DNA from: a virus
Taxonomy: Duplodnaviria > Heunggongvirae > Uroviricota > Caudoviricetes
Strand: one strand, 5' to 3'
DNA length: 64,000 bases
IMG/VR virus record: IMGVR_UViG_3300022660_000042
Of this stretch, positions 25,928-34,706 are shown in pieces; within the stretch, counting starts at the first letter, position 1, and every line of letters begins with the position of its first letter. A program made the translations under genes and the position numbers. Under the pieces are notes generated by a model. It ran no database searches, was not told the origin of the DNA, and saw nothing but the letters and a program-made list of their open reading frames with translations.

Positions 25928-26260
25928 TTATGTTCGAAGCCTAACATCTTGTTTCCATTCATCAGTATGAGAATGCCATGTTTCTGATGCAGATAATTTT
26001 GCTTCTTCACTTTGTCTTGCACACAATGTACAACAATAACGTCTATAACCGTATGTAAAATTTATAAATTTTGTTTCTTTACCACAATTTTTACAAATAT
26101 TTTCATCAGGTTCTTTTAAATATTTATCATAATATTCACGAGAATGTATATTGTGCTTAACTAATAAATGTGTAGAAATTCCCAATGATTTTATTTGTTT
26201 ATGACAGAATTTACATTCTATTATATCATGTCTTACTATATTAAATTTACTTATACTCAT
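25928..26260 (-). CDS. zinc-ribbon protein
   Basis: Two CxxC pairs (CKFCHK...CKNCGK) plus CCTLCARQ; 110 aa. Confidence 0.5.
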   Translation of the reverse strand: MSISKFNIVRHDIIECKFCHKQIKSLGISTHLLVKHNIHSREYYDKYLKEPDENICKNCGKETKFINFTYGYRRYCCTLCARQSEEAKLSASETWHSHTDEWKQDVRLRT

Positions 26261-26403
26261 TAAAAAACTCCTACCTAATTCTTGCCCAATTAGATAGGAG
26301 ATAATACGATAACGTATTTTTCAAATTTTTCTACTATTAAAAGGGCAAGTTTTAATAATACTTATATAGTATTTATAATATTTGCCCGTTTTATTTTGTA
26401 ATA

Positions 26404-26883
26404 TTACGCTAAATTTTTCAATAATGCGGTTTCAATCTCGAAATCACTCATGGCCTTTTTATATTCAAAACTATCTTCATGTCCAGAAAGTCTCGAATAT
26501 GGAACTCCCATAGAATCCCAGATTTTATGCTGCATAACTATCCAGCCATACGCAGCATAAAAATTTTCCCATCTATTAAGAAATTCAATCAGCTCATTTA
26601 GCTTAGATTTTGTCAGCCATTCCAACATTTTAAAGACATTATCTTTATAGTCAAAAATCATTATTGAACATCTGTCTTTAATGGGCATAAGAGTACATGC
26701 GACCATAATTTCAAACTTTTCATCATCTTCGTACCAACTGAATTCAACCTCAAATCGATTATCCTTATCGCGAAGACAAATACTATCATGGGTTTTAGAA
26801 GTATTTACCCTCATGTAATAATCATTCGGTTTAATCCGAAGAATATAGTTTTGAAAATGTTGGAATGTATATGCTTCAGACAT
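26404..26883 (-). CDS. hypothetical protein
   Basis: 159-aa ORF. Confidence 0.5.
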   Translation of the reverse strand: MSEAYTFQHFQNYILRIKPNDYYMRVNTSKTHDSICLRDKDNRFEVEFSWYEDDEKFEIMVACTLMPIKDRCSIMIFDYKDNVFKMLEWLTKSKLNELIEFLNRWENFYAAYGWIVMQHKIWDSMGVPYSRLSGHEDSFEYKKAMSDFEIETALLKNLA

Positions 26884-26970
26884 TAATTCTTACCTAAAAG
26901 CTTATTAAAAGCATTTACAAGCTTACTGATTTCACCTTCATCGCTTGTAGGTTCATAATCAATACTTGTA

Positions 26971-27330
26971 TCATAAACCACGCGACGCTGAACTGGGGGC
27001 TTTCTTCATTTTTTCCTTATGTTCATTCATAAGTTTTTCAGCAAGTTCATATGACGGAATATAAGAACCAACATCCCATGAAGCATCTTTTGAACAAATA
27101 TGAGGTTTAGATTCTTCTTTCCAAATATGACTATCACGGTATCTTAAATATCGTTCCATATTATAGGTCAAGCGAAACCAATTCTTCGAACCGCTATTTA
27201 TCTTACGATATTCAACAACAAACCATGACGGGTCTCTGTTTACAATACTTGGAGCAACATCAAAATCGAACGTCGGATATTCATATGTACCGAGTTCTAT
27301 AATACGATATTCATAAAGCGATTTTTCCAT
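26971..27330 (-). CDS. hypothetical protein
   Basis: 119-aa ORF. Confidence 0.45.
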   Translation of the reverse strand: MEKSLYEYRIIELGTYEYPTFDFDVAPSIVNRDPSWFVVEYRKINSGSKNWFRLTYNMERYLRYRDSHIWKEESKPHICSKDASWDVGSYIPSYELAEKLMNEHKEKMKKAPSSASRGL

Positions 27331-28484
27331 TAGAACACATATCCTTCACGAGATTTACCGGTTGTAACATTACGCAAGATAGTCGGAATAATTTCACCAG
27401 CCTTCGTAATAATAACTTCATGACCGATTTCGATGCCCATATATTCAAGCATGTCAATATTGCACATATTTGCACGCTGAACTGTAGTTCCGCAAAGTTC
27501 AACAGGTTCAACTACTGCAACCGGAGTCAAATTGCCATTCTTGATAGACCATTCAATGTTAATGAGCTTGGTCTGAGCAAGAGAATACTTCGGCTTGAGT
27601 GCAATCGAGAATTCCGGCAAATAATTGGTTTCAAGATCTTCATAATCAATCAAAGACGTCTTCCAAACAAGACCGTCAATCTGATAATCACGTTCTTCAT
27701 GCCAAATCTGGTCCATAAGAGCGACAGCCTTTTCACCGTTCATGGTTTTAAGGTCGTAAATCTTGTAGTCAACAACATCAAAACCCTGGTTTTTCATCCA
27801 ATCAAGCATATCAGACTGAAGTCGGAAATGACGCTTGGTGTTAGAGGCATAGCGAGCTTCATAAACCTTGATATTAAGCTTTTCACAATCTGCACCGTCG
27901 AGATGCTTCATAATACCAGAAGCAGCATTTCGGCAGTTCTTATACTTCGGGAAATACTTTTCCTTAACGGACTTGTAAAGCAAAATTTCGCCGCGAATAG
28001 TTCCTGTAAAATCCTTATCGACTTTCTTGACGAGACCATTCATCTTAAGAATATTATTGGTAATGTCGTCACCGTATGTACCATCACCACGGGTAGTACC
28101 CTGAACGAACTTTCCATCGACGTATTTAAGCGCAATAGAGCAGCCATCGAGCTTCAAAGGAGCAACGACATATTCATGACCATTCATACGGCACTTATTG
28201 AACCAGACATCCATTTCTGGAGCCGTATTGGCCTTATTCTGAGAACCCATGATAATATCATGCTTGACTTTTTCAAAACCTTCAGTATGGTCCTTACCAA
28301 CTTCCTTCAAAACATCAGAATCAGGATATTTAGTCTTCAGTTCATCCCAGAGTGCATCAAATTCAATGTCGCTCATGATAGGAGAATCGGAATTATAATA
28401 GGCATCTTGTGCCTGACGGATTTTTGCTTCAAGTTCGTTCTTATTCATGTGATACAATATAGTAAAAAATATAGGCTTTGTCAA
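27330..28484 (-). CDS. ligA: NAD-dependent DNA ligase (LigA-type adenylation domain, compact phage form)
   Basis: N-terminal LigA-like opener AQDAYYNSDSPIMSDIEFDALWDEL; adenylation lysine motif KLDGCSIALKYVDGKFVQGTTRGDG (compare LigA [25 protein letters not shown]). Confidence 0.85.
   Translation of the reverse strand: MTKPIFFTILYHMNKNELEAKIRQAQDAYYNSDSPIMSDIEFDALWDELKTKYPDSDVLKEVGKDHTEGFEKVKHDIIMGSQNKANTAPEMDVWFNKCRMNGHEYVVAPLKLDGCSIALKYVDGKFVQGTTRGDGTYGDDITNNILKMNGLVKKVDKDFTGTIRGEILLYKSVKEKYFPKYKNCRNAASGIMKHLDGADCEKLNIKVYEARYASNTKRHFRLQSDMLDWMKNQGFDVVDYKIYDLKTMNGEKAVALMDQIWHEERDYQIDGLVWKTSLIDYEDLETNYLPEFSIALKPKYSLAQTKLINIEWSIKNGNLTPVAVVEPVELCGTTVQRANMCNIDMLEYMGIEIGHEVIITKAGEIIPTILRNVTTGKSREGYVF
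28456..28484 (-). promoter_or_regulatory. sigma70-type promoter TTGACA-17-TATATT embedded in hairpin
   Basis: Plus-strand AATATA at 28456..28461, TGTCAA at 28479..28484, and hairpin TATAGGctttgtcaaCCTATA at 28470..28490. Confidence 0.55.
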
Positions 28485-28485
28485 C

Positions 28486-28752
28486 CTATATTTTAGTTAA
28501 AGAGTTAAGTATTATAAAATCATTCACAAATTGCATATTCTGAAATTTGTCATCGAGGTCATACTTTTTTCCATCCATTTCGACGATTATATCATGTATA
28601 CCCATTAAATGTGAACTTACGTTATCTTTAACAACTATACCGCCAGCTCTATCATGATGAAGTGTCATACGAATAATTTTTTCAATATGACATTCAATAT
28701 CTTCTTCATGTAGGCTTTTATATTTGAGTATTACCGGAATCATATTTATCAT
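28486..28752 (-). CDS. hypothetical protein
   Basis: 88-aa ORF. Confidence 0.4.
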   Translation of the reverse strand: MINMIPVILKYKSLHEEDIECHIEKIIRMTLHHDRAGGIVVKDNVSSHLMGIHDIIVEMDGKKYDLDDKFQNMQFVNDFIILNSLTKI

Positions 28753-29128
28753 CTAATGCATGTTCGATTTCATAAGCTTCCGTTTGATTCTTTACATACA
28801 TTTGGGCTTTCTGAAAATCTTTTCCGTATTTTTGGTATAAATCGTAAAGCATATCTGTAGCGACATCCATACCAGGATGTCTAGTATAAAACTCGTTCAA
28901 TCTATAATTCGGTTTTAAATTAGTTTCAATGATATATGACATTCCGTGTTCCCACATATTTTCTATACGAAAACCATTTCCAATCATTGCCTGTGCATAT
29001 TCATACGCATGGTCACCAATCATTTTATGGTTTTCGACTATTTCTTTATAATAGCAACAACGCATTACGTCAGTTACGTAATCTTTCCAGTCTTCTTTAG
29101 TTTTAAAATAATCTAAAAAACTAAGCAT
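28718..29128 (-). CDS. hypothetical protein
   Basis: 136-aa ORF. Confidence 0.45.
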   Translation of the reverse strand: MLSFLDYFKTKEDWKDYVTDVMRCCYYKEIVENHKMIGDHAYEYAQAMIGNGFRIENMWEHGMSYIIETNLKPNYRLNEFYTRHPGMDVATDMLYDLYQKYGKDFQKAQMYVKNQTEAYEIEHALDDKYDSGNTQI

Positions 29129-29129
29129 A

Positions 29130-29486
29130 TTATAAATTGTCCAAAGAATTTAATGTGTTAAAATACTCGATAAAAGCTCTTCGTTGGTCATCATCACGTA
29201 ATTTAAATTTTTGAGTACCAATATAGACAGTTTTTGATATATCAATATTCTTTACATCAATTTGAGACTTAGACTTTCGGCATTCACCCCAAATTTTATC
29301 ACATTTACGTTTTGACGGTGGAGCCGGAGTAAAATAAAATCGACTTTTGAAATGAATTTCTAAAGACTTAGGTGAACCTGAACCAGCTAACTTTTCTCGC
29401 CATCGTCTAAATACATCATTCCAATCATATTCCCAGCTAATATCGGAAACCTTATAAATATGTCCATCTATTTTCAGCTCTACCAT
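29130..29486 (-). CDS. hypothetical protein
   Basis: 118-aa ORF. Confidence 0.45.
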   Translation of the reverse strand: MVELKIDGHIYKVSDISWEYDWNDVFRRWREKLAGSGSPKSLEIHFKSRFYFTPAPPSKRKCDKIWGECRKSKSQIDVKNIDISKTVYIGTQKFKLRDDDQRRAFIEYFNTLNSLDNL

Positions 29487-29487
29487 A

Positions 29488-30387
29488 TTAAAGTCCGGTT
29501 TGTCTTCCAGAGAAATTAACAGAACCTCTACCTTCTACTGTAAGGTAATCATCATAACTGCGCCATTCGTTTTCCTTTCCTGCATGACGAACGAAAGAAA
29601 TATCACCAGTAAAATCCTTAATTACTGTAGCACACCAGTCTTTCTTCTTAAATTCTTCAACGGCATTCTTATCAAGCAACGGTTCATCAAGCGGATAAAC
29701 ACATACCATACCCGCATCTGCACAGAACTGTCCAATTTCTTCCTTTGTATCTAAATCGAATACAGTACAAGACCAATCGCCATAAAGCGTATCAGTGCAC
29801 ATTCCAGACTTGATAGATTCAGCCTTGGAAACCCAATCATGGTCATCATTTACGATATAGCAAGGATCCGTGATAATAATATCCTTATGCTCGAAATGCA
29901 TTGTTCTCGGATGTTTAATTTGATATTCTCGACGAAGAATAAATGCAATCAAATTCCAATAATCATGAGCAAATCCAAGTAATCGTTTCTTTCGCCATGT
30001 TTCAGCGGTATAATTTTTAGCTTTTTCTTTTGTACCGTCTGCACGGGTAATAAACATGTCATCATATTCCATATCATATGCAATATTCCAGTCAAGCTTT
30101 TGACACAGATTAGCCCTACGCTGGCATTCTTCATAACCGAGCTTATAGTGATATTTCTTGATATGTAATTTCTTAAATTCAGAGCATTTAATTTTACGAA
30201 GTTCGTCATTTCGGTTAACCCAATAACGCATATTTTCTACTTCGCGCTTAGCTTTAAGAACCTCTTCAAGTTCTGCGCCTTTAAGCAAGCCCTTATCTGC
30301 CATACAGAACTTACACATAAAATTCTTAACATCCTTAACGCCTTTGGCACAATATTCGCCACCACATACAATACACTTTGCTGTCAT
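29488..30387 (-). CDS. Cys-rich hypothetical protein (N-terminal zinc-binding-like CxxC...C...CxxC)
   Basis: MTAKCIVCGGEYCAKG...CKFC; 299 aa. RBS AAGGAG 8 nt upstream of the ATG. Confidence 0.5.
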   Translation of the reverse strand: MTAKCIVCGGEYCAKGVKDVKNFMCKFCMADKGLLKGAELEEVLKAKREVENMRYWVNRNDELRKIKCSEFKKLHIKKYHYKLGYEECQRRANLCQKLDWNIAYDMEYDDMFITRADGTKEKAKNYTAETWRKKRLLGFAHDYWNLIAFILRREYQIKHPRTMHFEHKDIIITDPCYIVNDDHDWVSKAESIKSGMCTDTLYGDWSCTVFDLDTKEEIGQFCADAGMVCVYPLDEPLLDKNAVEEFKKKDWCATVIKDFTGDISFVRHAGKENEWRSYDDYLTVEGRGSVNFSGRQTGL

Positions 30388-30411
30388 TAAAAACTCCTTT
30401 TATAATTTTGT

Positions 30412-30444
30412 AATATAGAAAAAGGGGAGACTTTCGTCAACCCC
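30412..30444 (-). promoter_or_regulatory. sigma70-type promoter TTGACG-17-TATATT with -35 and spacer inside a GAAA-tetraloop hairpin followed by T5
   Basis: Minus strand reads GGGGTTGACGAAAGTCTCCCCTTTTTCTATATT. Plus coordinates: AATATA 30412..30417, CGTCAA 30435..30440, hairpin 30424..30444. Confidence 0.65.
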
Positions 30445-30649
30445 TATAATTCGGGTACATTCTGCAAGTGTCCCAAATATTTGCCTGTTCTTCATCTGAC
30501 AAATAAATTGTCTGGTCTTCCGGAACTGACTTTCCTTCCAATCGATTCATAAATGAATTACGCATTTTTAAAATAGCATCTTGTCGTTCATCAATGCCAT
30601 TGATACACATGTCGAATTTTTCAGCTAACTGTTGTGCTTTGGATTTCAT
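30437..30649 (-). CDS. hypothetical protein
   Basis: 70-aa ORF. Confidence 0.4.
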   Translation of the reverse strand: MKSKAQQLAEKFDMCINGIDERQDAILKMRNSFMNRLEGKSVPEDQTIYLSDEEQANIWDTCRMYPNYRG

Positions 30650-30661
30650 TCTTGTTCTCCA

Positions 30662-31090
30662 TTAATAAAGTTCTTTTGCAAAAAATTCTTTAGTAGCACT
30701 TTGCATAGCAACGGCTTTCCAATCCGATACAGTTTTGGTATTCATCCATTTATCCATATCATCAATCATACATTGAGTTTTAGTCTTCAAACCAACAGAC
30801 TTCAACAATTCACGTTGACGCCATTCATTAAAGTCTCGCTTTTTAGCATCTTGTTTTGCTCTGTATGCCAAAACCGCGGCTTCACCTTGTCTCTTTCGTC
30901 TTTCTCGTTTTTCTACACCAGTTTCCGTATCTGACAAAAGGTCATCGAATTCTTCAATCAGCTTTCCAAGCTTGTAATCTACACTATTTCGATAATCTTT
31001 TTGGAAAATGCATTCTAACATGCCTTGCATGTACAGAATAACAGCACCTATAAGAAGGACGCAAGCTGCAGAAATAATGATTGTTGCCAT
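30662..31090 (-). CDS. membrane protein (N-terminal TM, basic coiled C-terminal region)
   Basis: MATIIISAACVLLIGAVILYM TM helix; RBS AAGAGGAG upstream. Confidence 0.5.
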   Translation of the reverse strand: MATIIISAACVLLIGAVILYMQGMLECIFQKDYRNSVDYKLGKLIEEFDDLLSDTETGVEKRERRKRQGEAAVLAYRAKQDAKKRDFNEWRQRELLKSVGLKTKTQCMIDDMDKWMNTKTVSDWKAVAMQSATKEFFAKELY

Positions 31091-31116
31091 GATGAACTCC
31101 TCTTGTTTATGTTCAT

Positions 31117-31148
31117 AATATAGAAAAAGGGCCGACTTTCGTCAACCC
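31117..31148 (-). promoter_or_regulatory. sigma70-type promoter TTGACG-17-TATATT inside GAAA-tetraloop hairpin plus T-run
   Basis: Minus strand reads GGGTTGACGAAAGTCGGCCCTTTTTCTATATT. Plus coordinates: AATATA 31117..31122, CGTCAA 31140..31145, hairpin 31129..31148. Confidence 0.65.
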
Positions 31149-31178
31149 TTTATTATTATAGGAGAAAATATATACTTA

Positions 31179-32819
31179 TTAGCGACGACGGCGACGAGAA
31201 AGTTCAGCAATAACTGTCGGATCGTTCATCATGTCCGAAAGGCTACGTCCAATAGAAGTATTAGCTTCAGCCGGTTCCTTAGTCTTGTCAACATTCGGAG
31301 TTTCCGGACGAGCTTCAGCCTTAGGTTCATTTACGACTTCTGCTTCGGTCTTTTCAACCTTTGGAGCACCGGAAACACCAGCGAGTCGGGCACCGAACAT
31401 AGAACCGAGAACAGTCTTGAGGTCCATACCGAGAGAATCGGTCAAACCGCTAGAAATCTGAGTAAGCGTCTTGGTAATATCGCCGGTGAGCTTTGCAGTA
31501 CCGCTTTCACCGTACATATTGATGTTACCAATCTTTTCCATCGGCTTAGCAACTGCACCAGCGATAGCCGGGAGCTGTTCGAAATACTTTTCAATAGTCT
31601 TGAGCTGCATTTCCTGACGAGCTGCATCACCATACTTCTTCATGGCTTCAGCCTTCTGGTCAAGAGCTGCTGCTTCTGCAAGACCCTTAGCCTTTACAGC
31701 ATCAGCTTCAGCTTCACCCTTAGCCTTAGTAGCTGCAGCTTCAGCGAAAGCCTTTTCCTTATCAGCTTCAGCCTTGGCGATAATTGCCTTAGCTTGCTGC
31801 TGCTGGGTAAAGAGTGCTGCTTCAGCTTCCTTCTGCTGCTTATAAAGTTCAGCATCAGAACGCTGCATCTGAGCCTGCTTATCGGCTTCAGCCTTCTTCT
31901 GAATTTCAGCTTCGAGTTCCTTCTGACGGACAGCTACCATGCGTTCACGAATTTCAATCTGCTTTTCCTGCTTTGCAACTTCTGCAGCTGCTGCAGTAAT
32001 ATTGATGGTCTTCTGCTGTTCCTGCTTCTGAATTTCATAAGCGGCATCAGCTTCGGCCTTCTTAGTATCAGAAATTCGCTTAAGGTCAGCCTTCTTAACT
32101 TCGAGGTCGTTCTGCTTCTGAGCGATTTCAAGGTTTGCTGCAACCTGAGCATCGTTTGCTGTCTTCGCTGCTTCAGCCTGAGCAATCTTCACGTCACGTT
32201 CTGCATTTGCTCGAGAAATTGATGCAGCCTTCTGAATTGCTACAGCCTTATCAACACCGAGGTTTTCAATTACCTTACCGTCGTCCGAGAAGTTCTGAAT
32301 ATTGAAGGTCTTAACGATAATACCGAGCTTTTCAAGATCTGGAATAGCATTTTCAAGAACCTTCTCAGAAACCTGCTTTCGGTCCGTAACCATGTCGACA
32401 AGATTCATCTGGCCGACAATCTCACGCATATTACCCTCAAGCACGTCAACAATCATCGCCTTAATCTGTTCAATCGGCTTATTGAGGAAGTTCTGGGCAG
32501 CTTTCTTAATTGCTTCAGGTTCATCAGAAATCTTTGCATTAACAACAGCGTCAACTGTTACATTAATGTAGTCCTTGGTCGGAACTGCCTGCTTAGTCTT
32601 GACGTCAATCGGAATCAACTTCAAGCTAAGAACGTCAGCACGTTCAAGGAACGGGATCTTGAAACCGGCATGCCCGATAATTGTTCGAAGCTGTCGGAAA
32701 CCCGAAATAATAATTACTTCATCCGGCGCCGCCTTAATATAAGACGTAATGAAGAGGATAACGAGGAAAAGTACGAGCAGGCCGATACCCGCACCGATGA
32801 GGATATTTGAACTAAGCAT
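31179..32819 (-). CDS. flotillin-like SPFH/band-7 domain protein with long Ala/Glu/Lys-rich coiled coil
   Basis: N-terminal TM helix, then an SPFH-like region (APDEVIIISGFRQLRTIIGHAGFKIPFLERADVLSLKLIPIDV...), then a ~200-aa AEA/AKA-repeat coiled coil typical of flotillin/YqiK. Confidence 0.75.
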   Translation of the reverse strand: MLSSNILIGAGIGLLVLFLVILFITSYIKAAPDEVIIISGFRQLRTIIGHAGFKIPFLERADVLSLKLIPIDVKTKQAVPTKDYINVTVDAVVNAKISDEPEAIKKAAQNFLNKPIEQIKAMIVDVLEGNMREIVGQMNLVDMVTDRKQVSEKVLENAIPDLEKLGIIVKTFNIQNFSDDGKVIENLGVDKAVAIQKAASISRANAERDVKIAQAEAAKTANDAQVAANLEIAQKQNDLEVKKADLKRISDTKKAEADAAYEIQKQEQQKTINITAAAAEVAKQEKQIEIRERMVAVRQKELEAEIQKKAEADKQAQMQRSDAELYKQQKEAEAALFTQQQQAKAIIAKAEADKEKAFAEAAATKAKGEAEADAVKAKGLAEAAALDQKAEAMKKYGDAARQEMQLKTIEKYFEQLPAIAGAVAKPMEKIGNINMYGESGTAKLTGDITKTLTQISSGLTDSLGMDLKTVLGSMFGARLAGVSGAPKVEKTEAEVVNEPKAEARPETPNVDKTKEPAEANTSIGRSLSDMMNDPTVIAELSRRRRR

Positions 32820-32858
32820 TTATGTTCCTTTTGTTATGTGTTTTTGTTTAGTTAAAAT

Positions 32859-33599
32859 CTAATCGTTCAGCCATGAGTTTTCCATTGCAATAAAGATACA
32901 ACATATTACAATAATAACTATCGAGAAAATTATCCAGAAATACAATACTGTATGTTTCCAGCTAAAATCCTCTACTGCTTGATCGATTTTTACATTGTCA
33001 CGATATTCTGCATCATTCATTCGATGATTATCGATATTTGCATATACCGTTCCAGTAAAACTTAATGGGCGACAATAATAAACATATCGTTTATTATGTG
33101 CGAAATTGATTGTCTTTACATAATGACCGCTTGGCAATTCCGGAAACTGACCGTAGTAAAAGTCTTTCTTAATAAAATTAACTTTATCTACATTCCAGTC
33201 TTTTGCTCCATGATAGTCCCATGTCCAATAGACCTTAGTATGACAGCTACGTGTCTTTCCAGAACCAGTACAAACAAGCTTCGTATGCATCGTATAGACC
33301 TCGAGCACTCGATGGACTGACATATACTTACCTGGCAAACCGTCGTCTGTAACACTGCCTATCGCGGAAACAGTTCCGTATGCCAAAGTATGCCCAGCAT
33401 TAGTATTGAATGCATATTGAAACTGTGTAGAATCGTTATCGATTTTCACAGCCTGATTGTACTTCGCATTATGGTCATCTTGCCAAAGATCCATCCTATT
33501 ACCTACGTAGAAACCTACTGCTAGGGAAATAAGAGCGAATACAAGCGCTACAATAACTTCACGCTGAGTTACTTCAATATTGGTATCACCAATATACAT
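32859..33599 (-). CDS. membrane protein (TM helices at both ends) cotranscribed with LemA
   Basis: Start overlaps the LemA stop by 1 nt. Hydrophobic helices near the N- and C-termini. Confidence 0.5.
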   Translation of the reverse strand: MYIGDTNIEVTQREVIVALVFALISLAVGFYVGNRMDLWQDDHNAKYNQAVKIDNDSTQFQYAFNTNAGHTLAYGTVSAIGSVTDDGLPGKYMSVHRVLEVYTMHTKLVCTGSGKTRSCHTKVYWTWDYHGAKDWNVDKVNFIKKDFYYGQFPELPSGHYVKTINFAHNKRYVYYCRPLSFTGTVYANIDNHRMNDAEYRDNVKIDQAVEDFSWKHTVLYFWIIFSIVIIVICCIFIAMENSWLND

Positions 33600-34156
33600 T
33601 AATTCTTTTCCTTAAGAAGTCCTGTGGGTGCGTCTACTGGCGCATTTGCAAATTCAAGAACCTTATAGTCCTTTTCCTGATAACCTAGAATACTCAAACA
33701 GATGTTTGACGGGAACATACGAACATGCTGATGATATTCGGTTACATTTTTATTATAATACTTACGATGCGACGCAATTCGATTTTCAGTCATGGATAAT
33801 TCATTCATGTACTGCTTATAATTTTCTATTGAACGCAATTCTGGATAACGTTCTACAACACCACGGATATATGCAGAAGCATTAACATTTCCGTTGCCTT
33901 CTGCTGGTGTACGAGCCTGTGATAGCTGTACCAAAACTTCGGCTTCATGCTTGTTATACGACATTACTGCTTCTGCCAAGTTAACAAGCAAGCCTGCACG
34001 TCGATTATATTCGGTGTTCAAATCGCTCAAAGAACTTTCAATGAGCAATTCCTTTGCGATTGCCTTATTTTGTGAGCTTTGTACGCCAAACACTGTGGCG
34101 ATAATCAATGCTACAATAATAGCAAGACTTGAAATTAAGACTGTTACGGGTTTCAT
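33599..34156 (-). CDS. lemA: LemA-family protein
   Basis: N-terminal TM plus conserved LemA-like core (...YNRRAGLLVNLAEAV...VERYPELRSIENYKQYMNELSMTENRIASHRKYYNKNVTEYHQHVRMFPSNI...). Confidence 0.7.
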   Translation of the reverse strand: MKPVTVLISSLAIIVALIIATVFGVQSSQNKAIAKELLIESSLSDLNTEYNRRAGLLVNLAEAVMSYNKHEAEVLVQLSQARTPAEGNGNVNASAYIRGVVERYPELRSIENYKQYMNELSMTENRIASHRKYYNKNVTEYHQHVRMFPSNICLSILGYQEKDYKVLEFANAPVDAPTGLLKEKN

Positions 34157-34168
34157 TGGTTTCTCCTA

Positions 34169-34681
34169 TTAGTTGTTATTTAAAAGCTTGGAAATGTCTT
34201 CAACGATCTTGGCTGTATCAAGTTCATTGACCGGCGGGTTATTTTTGCCTAAAAGTGTGTCTTCATTTCCTATATACTGGTAATCCCATGTAATAGACTT
34301 ACCATCACTAGTTTCTAACATGGGAACAAGAACATGATAAATACCCTTATAGTTCTTATTCTTTTCATTAAGCTGGTTTAAAATCTTATTTGCTGCGTTT
34401 TTAACAATTTTACTACGCATTTGAATACGGTCTGATTCAAATATCTTATTCAAAGAATCATTATAAGCCCAGAAACGTAATCTTTCATACCTAAACCATT
34501 CAACAACGTTAGGACCGTAATTTTCTCGCATATACGCTTCCATAGTCGGCGTAGTATCTGATTTTTCAGAAGTTCTTGAATTCAAAAGTTTTTCATAATG
34601 GTCAATATAAGCCTTAGCCGTAAGTCGATTGACCAAAACAGTCCATGCTACCAATAAACAAACAATAATGACCGCTGCCAT
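34169..34681 (-). CDS. membrane protein
   Basis: N-terminal TM helix MAAVIIVCLLVAWTVLV. Confidence 0.5.
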   Translation of the reverse strand: MAAVIIVCLLVAWTVLVNRLTAKAYIDHYEKLLNSRTSEKSDTTPTMEAYMRENYGPNVVEWFRYERLRFWAYNDSLNKIFESDRIQMRSKIVKNAANKILNQLNEKNKNYKGIYHVLVPMLETSDGKSITWDYQYIGNEDTLLGKNNPPVNELDTAKIVEDISKLLNNN

Positions 34682-34706
34682 TTTAAATCTCCATGTTTAC
34701 GTGGTA

